Source: Mobula hypostoma
Lineage: Eukaryota
Assembly (NCBI RefSeq): GCF_963921235.1
Contig: NC_086118.1
Location: forward strand, 18,540,001 to 18,604,000
Reading direction: 5' to 3'
Length of the DNA stretch: 64,000 nucleotides
The notes below the pieces were generated by a model. It was given only the letters and a program-made list of their open reading frames with translations, did not search any database and was not told the origin of the DNA. The first letter of the stretch is position 1, and every line of letters starts with the position of its first letter. This document shows, piece after piece, positions 39,420 to 50,212 of the stretch. Made by a program: the position numbers and the translations under genes.

Positions 39420-39950
39420 TGGGGTGTATGGAGTGTCTAGGGAGGAGTAGCACCTTTGGTGGGTGGCTTGCCGTGCCCTATTCAGAGCAGCTCGTCCACC
39501 TTTGGTCCCCACCTGGCGCTCAGCTTTCACCTGTGGCTCCAAGTAGCTGTAACACGTGCAGTGCCCACACCCCGGTAAACCATCTCGGCAGACAGGCCAA
39601 ACTAGGTGAGGGTAGCCAACAGGTCTTCGACCCTCGATAAGGTAGGAGATCTGTCTATCCCAGCGTGTGAAGTCTGGCCCTGGCAGATTGAACGGAGGAG
39701 ACCGATTAATGGTCCAACGGTCAAGAAGGCAGGCCCAGCAGGAGTTGTGGAGCGCTAAGAGCACGATAAGACACTTAGACGTCCTGGTCATCCACTGCAG
39801 CAGGAGAGGTCTCCAGCCGTAACGGTAGTCCGTGCCACTGAATCAAGGTCTCTTCTGTCGAGAGAGTGGGATTGCCCCTGTGCAATGGCTGTTCCACTTA
39901 AAACTCCATCACACACAGGTTTCTGTTGTGCAATTCATCTCACAGATGAA
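39420..39950. mobile_element. Non-coding interspersed repeat, probably RTE-related
   Basis: A diverged second copy is at 57147-57620 (shared CACCTTTGGTCCCCAC...CTCAGCT.TCACCTGTGGCTC, AAACTAGG.TGAGGGTAGC, TCCAACGG.CAAG.AGGCAG). The RTE assignment is from recalled resemblance only. Confidence 0.6.
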
Positions 39951-41854
39951 CCACACAACAGCGTGTCATCTTCAAATCCGAAGGACTACCAGTAATTCCT
40001 TAACTGTATTCTGTGGGAGTAATGATGATTGTCAGGTGTAAAAGGGCCATAGTCCATCTGTCTCTCCATCCTCAGTCGTAGTCCTCTGCTTCATGGTCTG
40101 AGAGGCTTGGAGATTAGATCAGTACAATCTTTGATAAGCTTTTGTGGTAGACACACACACAAAGAGCTGAGATGAGAGAGCGAGAGATCTGTGTAAGATA
40201 TAGGTTTCATTGAAAGGTTACAATAAAAAAAATCTTTAAATGAAAGTCATAGAATAGAGCATTACAGCACAGAAACGAGCCATACCGCACTGGTCTGCAA
40301 AGTCCAACCTATCTGCACACAGACCATAACCCTCCATATCTCCCTTCTTAATGTACTCTTCCTAAATGTTACAATCAAATCCACATTCTTCCATGTCCAC
40401 TGGCAGCTCGTTCCACAACCACCTTATATAAATGATCTCCATTTTCAGTAAAAGTTTTCTGGTGCTTCATTTTGAACTTCATTTCCACAATTCCATAAAT
40501 TTTATTCAGCACATGGTCCTTCAGTACATTTAATTTATGTTGGCTGAATGCCTACTATGAAACTACTTCAAACTGTAGACAGATGTTACTGCAAGGACAG
40601 TGACAACAGACAAGTTGTGGGCTCCATCTAAATGGGCTTCAATTTACAATCACAGTAAAAGCTCATGGGAAATATCAGAACTATAGATAGATAGATAGAT
40701 ATACTTTATTAATCCCGAGGGAAATTTGGTTTCAGCCGCACCAACCAAGAATAGAGCGTAAATATAGCAATACAAAAAACCCCAACAATCAAACACCAAA
40801 ATGCAAACTATGCCGGATGGAAAATAAGTCCAGGACCAGACTATCACGATTATCGTAATGTTTCATGATGTTACCAGAGTCTTGTCAATTCATTTTTATC
40901 AAGCAGTTATTAAAAATTCCAAAGGTTGTCCATTATGATTAATGACAGCCCAAAGGTCACTTAGAAATTATGTGGAGTTACAGTTGGTCACAAAGTAGAA
41001 CTATTTCACATTTTATAGTAATATTTAATTTTTATTATTTTCAACATTGAATAAAAATCATGGAGCAGTAATTTGTCCTTGATTGTATATGCAATATTGA
41101 ATACAGAAGCATGTTGCATTTTGCTTTCGGAACTTGATTCCCCTGAAGACAAGAGAACTGAATTTGTAAACCAAATACAAAAGCACAATGGACATTTAGC
41201 ACAGGTGCTTGTTTAATTTCTAAACAAAGTGCTTGCTGATCCATTGTGCCACAATCCCAAAATGCCAAGAGTTTTCACCTTGTCCATTGCAAGTCATTTT
41301 AATTAGTATTAAGATTGATGGGTCAAATAGATTCAAAGCAAGGTGTGGCAGAAATAAAAACCCCATCACTGAGGGATTATTTTACTGGATAATCAATAGG
41401 AGGAAATCATTAATCTTTTTCTCCCTATTGGGGTATTATTGACATAACCTTTAGATATCTTTAAGTAGATTTTGACCAGAACATAGACAAGAACAACACA
41501 CAAAAGGTCTTTGTGAATGACATTTAGTTTACAAAATTACTTGAACATCCTTTGGTTATATAAGAAGCTCAGAGAAGGGCATTTAATTTTTCTTGTCAGT
41601 CCATCTTTTCTGCTTTCTAGAGCAGATAGCATGGTTTTGGGAGGAGGGCTTGAAATGTGTTTTGTAGAGGGAGCCCAACTGGGGGGACAGAATAATCCCC
41701 CAGGTATCATGTTGTGCCATTTCAAGTGGCCTTTCCTTCCCTGTCAATTTTCTATGCTTCAAAATAATCAGTTCTTGAACCAGCCTGCACAACCCTAATC
41801 ACTACCTCAGTATAACAACAATATGACTGTCGTGCAATGCAATGAGCTCTTTGT

Positions 41855-42125
41855 TTTGTTGTCAGCTCTGGGCCTGGACGAAAGGAACAAAAAACAAGCA
41901 GCTCGTAGGATGGGGGAAGAGGCAGAACGAGCCTCTTGTTGAATTTGGAGTAGGCGAGAGGAGGGAAACTGGAAGCTGGGAGCAGATGGGCGGTGATTTG
42001 GCCACCACTGCCAGCCCACCAACTGGAGAGTGTCGTGGTTAAGGGTCGAAACACTTGGTGAAGGTTGGGAACCACCTGATGACATCTGCTCCTGGCTGAA
42101 GGCTACGGTTACCTATAAGGTATCC
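41855..42125 (+). mobile_element. Hero-clade (REL endonuclease) non-LTR retrotransposon 3' end
   Basis: Translates LLSALGLDERNKKQAARRMGEEAERASC*IWSRREEGNW, resembling the Hero C-terminal EAERAS-W-W motif, followed by a 3' UTR. Confidence 0.65.
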
Positions 42126-44408
42126 GGAGAATGCACCCCAACAGGTATATGCAACAAGTTCTAATTGTGTTTATTTTTTTGTAAAAGTTATATGTGCATG
42201 CCTCCCCATCAGTGAAAGCATTTACATGAGATGCTTCTTCAAAAGGGAAGCATCTATCATCAAACACCACCTAGCCATGCCATCTTTTTGGGAAGGAGGT
42301 ACGGAAGCCTGAAGTGCCATACCACCAGATTTGATCATTCTTCCCTTCAATCGTTTGGTTTTTGAACAAAGTTGCACATCCCCAATCACTATTTCAGTAC
42401 AGTAACACTGTCACCACCTTGACTACTTTGCACAACAATGAACTTCATTTATTTTTGTTTTAATTATGTTCTTTATGTACAATTCTTCTATACTTTACAT
42501 TGCAGTCTGTTGCAGTGTATAGCTATTCTAGCATGATGCACAAGTAACAGCAGATGCTAGAAGGTGGAGCAAACAGCAAGCTGGTGGAAGAACTAACTGG
42601 GTTGAGCAGCATCTGCGGAAGCAAAGAGGTAACTGATGTTTTATGTTGAGACCCTGATACGGTTTTGATGGGAAGCATTGACCATCCCTTTTGAGACAGG
42701 TGATTCCTGGCAGCTTATTCTTCACCATCTAGTAAGCATTTTTTCATGGTGATCACAAGCAAAAAGTTCAGCTGATTTCCTTCCACATCATTCTTCTGTC
42801 ATCACCTACTTGCACCCTGACTTGGAATATTCAAATTACTTGTGACACTTGTTTTCACTCTAATTACCAGAGAATTTTAAGGAAAAATCAGAACAAATAT
42901 ATGGCTATATAAAGAGCAATTCCCTACCAGACAGGAATTGTATGGGACTACAAAAGTCATGCTATATCACAAAACTGAGAACATACATAATAGACTAAGG
43001 AAATCAACTGTGACTCACAACTGTTGTTTTAAAACTGAAGACATCCACAATTTCACTCTGAATCTTACAAGCTTTCTTGTGAAGCACGGCACTGCCTTGC
43101 CTCAGCCAGTATTAATGGTTTTCATGATTGCAACAGCAGTAGAATTTATCAATGATTAAGATACATTTTTGTCACCTAGTCATGTGTTAGATCAGTATCA
43201 GAAAACTAATAAGCCCGAAGTCACCATTTCGGGACTCTTTAAGATTCTAAATGGAATCACGGAAATACTGAATAAGGCTATTTAGCCCTTCATACTTTGT
43301 GTGGTGTCTTTAAAAACTTACTGAATTTCTCCAGGATTTTTCTGTGTTGCTCTTTGAAATATTATCCCATAAGTCACACTTTGCTATTCTTTGCCCACAG
43401 CCTTTTATTTTCATTCTTCAAATATTTATCCAATAAAAATCTAAAGTGTTCTCTTAAATGCATTTATTACACAGTTACAGTCTGTGTCTGCCATTATCTT
43501 AACTTGCTGTGCAATTTGTTTCATTCTTATTCATTCTGGATCACTGAATTTTCTTAGTAGTTTTCAGAATGTTCATAATTTCTGTTAAGTAACAGTAGAG
43601 AAATGCTTTTCCTATAAATGTCAAAGATTCTTTAGTTTACTGAAGAATAAATTTTACAATCAGATAAGGAACAGAGAGCTGATTGATGTACTCAGTAAGC
43701 AGCACCTGTTGTAATCATCTCAGAATATTTTATCCGCAGGCAGAAGTCAGATATTGACATACAATTTCCTACAGTAAGTGCAGCACCTCTGAGTGAATCA
43801 TTCTATTGTACATGTTTTGTGAATTCTGGTGGGCGGACAATTGTGATGTACTCTGAGATTCATAATGCCCATGTTCATGTTCTTTTTGATGGTTTGTTTA
43901 GTAAATAGAATGCTCAACTTGGAACCAAATGACTCAAGGCCAGGGTGGTCCATATTTGGCTCCCCCTCACCAAATTCACTTTAATTCAGAATCACTGTAT
44001 TAATGGTCCAGCAATTGACCCTAGGTCTTGAGAACTGTGCCCTATAGTTTTACTTCGAACTCCCTGCAAGCCAATGTTTTTGTTTTCATTTGTGAGGACA
44101 TAGAAATAGAGGGGATAACTCAGCATTTCCAGCTATTCAATCAAATTATATGTCCCTCACCTAACTCCATCGACTCCCATTTTGAAATGCTTAGAACCCT
44201 TACCGAGCAACAATCTATTGACCTTTGTTTTAAAAATTTCATTTGAACCTGCCTCAATAAATTTTCAACATACTGTAGAACAGTACAGCACAGTTATGCT
44301 GACCTTTTAACCTACTCCGAGATCTGTCTTTTCCTCCAAAGAGAAAAAGCCTAGTTCATTCAATCTCTCTCAGTAAGACACTTTCCAATCCAGGCTGCAT
44401 ACTGGTAA

Positions 44409-44460
44409 TGTTGTGAATTTAATATCCAAGTAATATTTGAGTAATTATATATACACACAT

Positions 44461-44515
<55 letters not shown>

Positions 44516-44827
44516 TACATATAAAATTATAGGCATCCGTTAGTCTCATGAGACCATGGATTTGCGCCTTGGAAGGTCTGCAGGGTGCAGGCCTGGGCAA
44601 GGTTGTATGGAAGACCGGCAGTTGCCTATGCTGCAAGTCTCCCCTCTCCACGCCACCGATGTTGACCAAGGGAAGGGCATTAGGACCCATACAGCTTGGC
44701 ACCATTGTCGTCGCAGAGCTCAAGGATACACAGGCTGTCTCAGCCAAGGCTCGAACTAGCAACCTTAAAATCACTAGACGAATGCCTTAACCACTTGGCC
44801 ACGCGCCAAAACATACACACACTCACA

Positions 44828-44890
<63 letters not shown>

Positions 44891-45108
44891 GACAGATATA
44901 TATATATATATATATATTTATTAAGCATTCTCATTCATTGAAATAATTCATGACAGATTATATGTATAAATAAGTGGATTGCCTATATCATGCTACCACG
45001 TGATACGTGCACACATCACTTAAAGTAAACTTGAAGTTAGACCCACATTTTAGACATTCATGTCTTTCTTTGACTTAGTTTAATGTTTTGAAGTTACGAA
45101 ACATAACG
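44409..45108 (+). repeat. 5' LTR, interrupted at ~44446-44917 by microsatellites and a SINE
   Basis: 44409-44445 matches 47257-47293 at 31/37. 44918-45108 aligns to ~47310-47491. Confidence 0.88.
44531..44807 (-). mobile_element. tRNA-derived SINE with RTE-like body and tail, flanked by (CA)n/(TA)n microsatellites
   Basis: Minus-strand box A TGGCCAAGTGG (44791-44801) and box B GTTCGAGCC (44748-44756). The 3' ~175 nt is homologous to 50020-50207. Confidence 0.85.
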
Positions 45109-45109
45109 T

Positions 45110-45121
45110 TGGTGAGGAGGT
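45110..45121 (+). promoter_or_regulatory. Primer binding site, tRNA-Ser(GCU) type, degenerate
   Basis: TGGTGAGGAGGT directly after the 5' LTR, compared with TGGCGACGAGGA, the complement of the tRNA-Ser(GCU) 3' end. Confidence 0.65.
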
Positions 45122-45366
45122 ATTTTTAAAAGAAACCCAACATGGCTACCGACCTGTTGAAGCACAGTGAGCAGCTCAAACTAAAAAATTGCAGCCAGCT
45201 TGTGCAAAGATAGTCGAGTTTTTTTATATATAAAAAGCGGCACAACACATTTTCTTCGGAAAGGAAGACACGATTAGTTTTTTTTAATATAAAGTCAGTC
45301 AACAAAAGAAATCAGGGTTCATGAACAGTGAGTACCGGGAGTTAGTTATTATAAAAAAGAGCAGAA

Positions 45367-46530
45367 ATGGCTGGCTATATCAGAAAGATAGACACATTTG
45401 ATTACATGACAGGTAACAGGCGCATATATACTAAGCTAATTCAACAATATTTTGAAGCAAATGCAACAGCCAGCAAGAAAAAAGTTCGGACCTGGCTGAG
45501 TGCATTGAGTTTATTGTTTTCTTTGAAGTTTGACTGCTCCAACCAAACCAGCAGAAATGAGCTTTGCTTCTATTGTAAAAGTAATGTAAGAGCATTTAAA
45601 AATGAAACCATTCTTGATTGCAGAATGCTTTAAGCTGATTTAAAAAGGAAATTCAGTGCACCTGGCTGAATTAAAGTGGTTGTCAATTGGTAATAGGCTT
45701 AATGATATACTGAGATAGTTTAATTTATGGAATCTTAAAAGAAAGCATTCAAAAGCAGCTTGAAACTTACATTTAAAGGACCACCTGAAATTGCTATTTC
45801 AATGGAAATGCAATTGAGTTAGTCAGAAATGAAAGTGAGCGGGAACAGAATTGCAGCATCTCAACGAAAACCAGCCTGGCAAACCAATTGTGTTACTGTT
45901 CACATACAACAAACAAACAGAGGTTTAAATGTGAAACTTGCAGAAAATGCAACAAAGTACGGCACATACAGTGAGTATGCCAGGCAGACAAACATAAATG
46001 GACTACATGGGGAAGAGAAAAAGCTAAAAAGACCGGTTTGCAGTTTCAAAACGAAAACTAATCTCCAGGCTGCTATTGAAAAATCTGATAACGATGTGAA
46101 GGAAACAGGACTGGCTAACTTTGAGATTTACAGTATGAAAATTAACAATAGACACGCAATATGGCTTACTCCAGTCGTGAATAGCAAATTAATTAAAATG
46201 GAATTGGACACTGGTTCAGCTGCTTCAGTCATAAAATGAGTTTGAAAGGCATTTCAAAGATACTAAATTGAAGCCTGCGGATACCCAACTAAGAACTTAT
46301 ACTAGAGAAAAGATAACCATGTGGGAATGCCATTTGTAACAGTGAAAGACAACAACCAACAAGCCGCATTGGGCTTGTATGTTGTACAAACTGGAGGACC
46401 AGCACTGTGGGGACATGATTGGCTCAGACAACTACAATTGGAGATCCATCCACCATTTGTATGCCATATCCCCTGCAATGAAGTCATATGAAATCAGATT
46501 AGTAAGGGTACTGGATGATGCCACAAATGT
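45367..46530 (+). pseudogene. Decayed Gypsy gag and aspartic protease
   Basis: MAGYIRKIDTFD...IQQYFEAN (gag N-terminus), IKMELDTGSAASVI (protease active site, ~46195-46235) and GGPALWGHDWL. Several frameshifts and stops. Confidence 0.85.
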
Positions 46531-47127
46531 TTCCATGCCAAACACCATGAACTTTTGCCCAACAGAGGGAAAACAGGTGTTGCTGCTATCCTCTGTTTCT
46601 CTGGTTGGAAAGCATATTGGACCAAGGAAGGACCATGCTGCTCAGAGGAAGCATGAAATTTACAAAAGTAGTGGTCCGCTTATATCAATGTTCATAGGCA
46701 ATATATCTGAGAAAGCTTCTGATATGTTAATCAGACAGTTATTTGCAAAATGTGGCTTGATTTTAAGCTGGAAGAGAATTCACAGAGCTTCAGGTAAGAT
46801 GCAAGCATTTAACTTTTGTGAGTATAAAGAACCAGAATCAACTGTCTACATTAAGGTTATTACATGAAGTTCAAGTGGGAGACAAAAAGCTGCTTGTAAA
46901 AGTAGATGCAAAGACCAAAACCAAGTTGGATGAATGGAAGGCCAAAAAGAAAGGAATCAATGGAGGTACAAAAGCAGAGGGTTCGTCAGAGGATGTTATG
47001 GATGAGGAAACCAAGCGGAGAGATCAGATCATAAAGGGATCTATAGAAGGATTAATAACAGAATACTGCAGTGAACTAAGTGCACCTTCCCAAGATCAAG
47101 CTGCATCAACTAGCAGGAAGAAGAAAG
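46530..47127 (+). pseudogene. RBM25: Partial processed copy of RNA-binding motif protein 25 (RRM region), one frameshift at ~46845
   Basis: VSLVGKHIGPRKDH...MFIGNISEKASDMLIRQLFAKCGLILSWKR...SGKMQAFNFCEYKEPEST / LRLLHEVQVGDKKLLVKVDAKTKTKLDEWKAKKK...DEETKRRDQIIKGSIEGLITEYCSELSAPSQ...RKKK closely matches vertebrate RBM25 as recalled. No introns. Clear homology starts at 46577; 46530-46576 is tentative. Confidence 0.93.
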
Positions 47128-47243
47128 GTGTCCTGAGCTGTCAGACCACCTCTTGCGGTCTCAGAGACAATTCCTACAACCACCACCTAACATATTCTGC
47201 ATATAGTTAAGATGTATTCTCTATTCAGTTGGAGTTTATAGCT

Positions 47244-47256
47244 AAGCAGGGTGGCG
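47244..47256 (+). promoter_or_regulatory. Polypurine tract, degenerate
   Basis: AAGCAGGGTGGCG immediately before the TG start of the 3' LTR. Confidence 0.55.
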
Positions 47257-47491
47257 TGTTGTGTATTGAATGTTTAAGTAATAGTTGAGTAATCTTCTAT
47301 ATATGTTGGTTGATTCAGCATTCTTGTTTGTTTAAATAATTCTTTATAGGTTATATATATAAATACATGAATTGCATACATGATCACACTACCATGTAAT
47401 ACATGTGCACCTCACTTAAAGTAAGCTTGGATTTGGGACTCCAATGTCTTCTTTGAATTAGTTTAATGGTTTGCAGTTACAAAACGTAACA
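47257..47491 (+). repeat. 3' LTR (235 bp)
   Basis: TGTTGTG...CGTAACA, homologous to the 5' LTR and followed by the TSD. Confidence 0.9.
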
Positions 47492-47561
47492 GGTAAATCT
47501 TCTCTGCAATGTCTCTAAAGCAGGGGTTCCCAACCTACTTTATGCCATGGAGTCTTACCAT

Positions 47562-48872
47562 TAACCCTCTCTTCAAGAAGGGAGAGAAGCAGAAGAAAGG
47601 AAATGGTAGGCCAGTTAGTTTGACCTCAGTGCGTGGGAAGATGGTGGAGTCAATTGTAACGATGAGATTTCTGGGTACTTGGAGGCACATGATAAAATAA
47701 ACCATAGTTTCCTTAAGGGAAAAACTTGCCTGACAAATCGGTTGGAATTCTTTGAAGAAATAATAAGCAGGATAGACAAAGGAGATTTGGTTGATGTTGT
47801 GCATTTGGATTTTCAGAAGGCCTTTGACAAGATGCCACACATAAGGCTGCTTAGCAAGCTAGAAGCCCATGGTATTACAGATAAGATTCTAGCATGGATA
47901 AAGCAATGGCTGATTGGCAGGAGGCAAAGAGTGGGAATAAAGGGATATTTTTCTGGTTAGCTGCTGGTGACTAGTGGTGTTCCACAGGGGTCTGTGTTGG
48001 GACTATTCTTTTCATGTTATATATCAATGTTGTGGATGATGGAACTGCTTAGGAGAATGGGCAAAGAAGTGGCAAATGGAATACAGTGTCAGGAAGTGTA
48101 TGGTCATGCACTTTGGTAGAAGAAATGAAAGGGTTAACTATTACTAAATGGTGAGAAAATACAAAAAACTGAGGCACAAGATGACTTGAGAGTCCCTGCA
48201 CAGGATTTCCTAAAGTTTAATTTTCAGGTTGAGTCTATGGTGAGGAAGGCAAATGTGATGTTAGTGTTCATTTCAAGAGGATGAGAATATAAAAGCAAGG
48301 ATGTAATGTTGAGGCTTTATAAAGCACTGTTGAAGCCTCACCTGGAGTATTATGAGCAGTTTTGGCCCCCTTATCTTTGAAAGGGAGAGGGTTCAAAGGA
48401 AGTTCATGACAATGATTCCAGGATTAAAGGGCTTGTCATACAAAAACTGTTTGACAGCTCTGGGCCTGTATTGACTGGAATTCAGAAGGATGAGGGGTGA
48501 CCTAATTGAAACCCATCGAATGATGAAGAGCCTTGCTAGAGTAGATGTGGAGAGGATGTTTCCTATGATGTGAGTGTCTAAGGCCAGAGGGCACAGCCTC
48601 AGAATAGAGGGGCATCCTTTTAGAGCAGATATGAGGAGAAATTTCTCCTCATCTGTGGAATTCATTGCCACAGGTAGCTGTGGAGGCCAAGACTTTATGT
48701 AAATATAAGGCAGAGGCTGATAGATTCTTGATTGTTCAGGACAAGAAGTGATATGGGGGGAGGGGGGAGAGATTAGGGATGAGAGGAAAATGAATCAGCC
48801 ATGACGAAACGGTGGTGTGGACTCGATGGGCCAAATGGCCTAATTTTGTTCCTATATCTTACTGCCTTATGG
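47562..48872 (+). mobile_element. CR1 LINE RT-to-tail fragment
   Basis: RPVSLTS, KTCLTNRLEFFEE and DFQKAFDKMPH motifs plus a CR1 3' UTR. Confidence 0.9.
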
Positions 48873-49658
48873 GTTCTTGGATCCCTGGTTGGGAACTCCT
48901 GCTCTAAAGATTCACATTCTTCTTATAATGAAGTGACCAGACCTGAACTATACTCCAAGTATAGTCTAACCGAAGTTTTCTAGAGCTGTGCTATTACTTT
49001 ACAGTTCTTGAACTGAATTCTCTGACTACTGAAGACCAACATGCAATATACCACCTTAACCACGCTATCAACTTGCATTGCAACTTTGATGGATCTAAAG
49101 GGGGAGGAATTTTATATATTTTTGATGCTACCTTTTGAAGAACTACCTCTTAAAATTTTCCTTGAACTGGCCAAGTTTAACATTATCTTTATTCTAGGCA
49201 TATTCACCACAAGAAATACTTTTCCCCATATATCATCTCAGATCCATCAGACATCATAATTAGATCAACTGCAGGAACAGAAGATGACCCTTTCCAATAA
49301 ATATAGAAAGTACTGAAATAGGTCAGCAGCATCTGCTGAAATAGAAATGGCTAATATTTGAGGATAATGGCTTTTCATTGAAATTGCTTTTGAATTACTA
49401 GTCTGCTTCCTCATGCTGTTGCCCTTTGTCCCGCTGTAATTCAGGTGAATTTAATATAGCACCCAAGATGGGAGTCTAATCAGTTATCTAACTGTAGAAC
49501 ATCTCCCTTATAAAATAATGAAAATCTATTGTGATTTTCTCTATAATGAAAAGTAAACTCCTCACATTCAAAATTGAGCCTTACACATATAGTATGACAA
49601 CCTACTTCTGGACAAAAAGGTCAACCACTTTTCCTCAACGGTACCACAGTGGTTCCAA

Positions 49659-50212
49659 GGTTGTCAAGTCGAGGAGTGGTAGTGGGGAGAAGCTCCCACT
49701 ACCTAAAAGTGCTCCTCACAGCATGCGCCTCAAATAGCCTCTAACAACCAAGTCCAACTCCTGGCCTTCTCATGTGACTGTATCTACTGACAGGAGAAGG
49801 GGCGAAGGCGGGTCCTGGCGCCTTAAAATCAGTGCTACGGGTAGATGGAGCTCGTCAGCCTGGGAGAGAGGGAAAACTCTGATTTCAAACCTCTGCTGCC
49901 TTGTGGCCGTACCCACTCATGGGAAAGGCTTTGGGAGTAAACCCTGAGGACAAATCTGGAGCTGGAGTCCCTAAGGCAGTCCGACGTTGCCTTCAGCCTC
50001 ATTCTGGCAACTCCTGTGACGACACTGGTGGCAAGCTGTATCGACCCTTGCCCTTCCCTTGGACAACATCGGTGTGGTGGAGAGGGGAGACTTGCTGCAT
50101 GGGCAACTGCCGGTCTTCCATACAACCTTGCCCGCCTGCACCCTGGACAGGATATTTGCAAGACTTTCCAGGCACAGCTGCATGGTCTCACGAGACTAGC
50201 GGATGCCACCAC
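49659..50212 (+). mobile_element. Non-autonomous RTE-like bipartite element (structured 5' UTR plus 3' tail)
   Basis: Non-coding and GC-rich with nested 5' hairpins. Its 3' part is shared with the SINE at 44531-44807. The RTE assignment is from recalled resemblance. Confidence 0.6.

Larger units (their letters stand above)
44409..47491 (+). mobile_element. Gypsy (Mag-like) LTR retrotransposon, non-autonomous, carrying a captured RBM25 segment
   Basis: TSD GGTAA at 44404-44408 and 47492-47496. Element begins TG and ends CA. Paired LTRs, PBS, gag, protease and PPT are present. It is inserted in a CR1 fragment that is continuous across the TSD. Confidence 0.92.

Noticed and set aside
44740..44807. 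tRNA gene
   Set aside because: Boxes A and B are present, but there is no complete acceptor stem and the sequence continues into a SINE body.
44445..44941. ORFs with VCVC/THTH runs
   Set aside because: They are translations of (CA)n microsatellites.
46379..47210. Functional RBM25 gene
   Set aside because: It is partial, intronless, frameshifted near 46845 and enclosed by LTRs, so it is a captured retrocopy.
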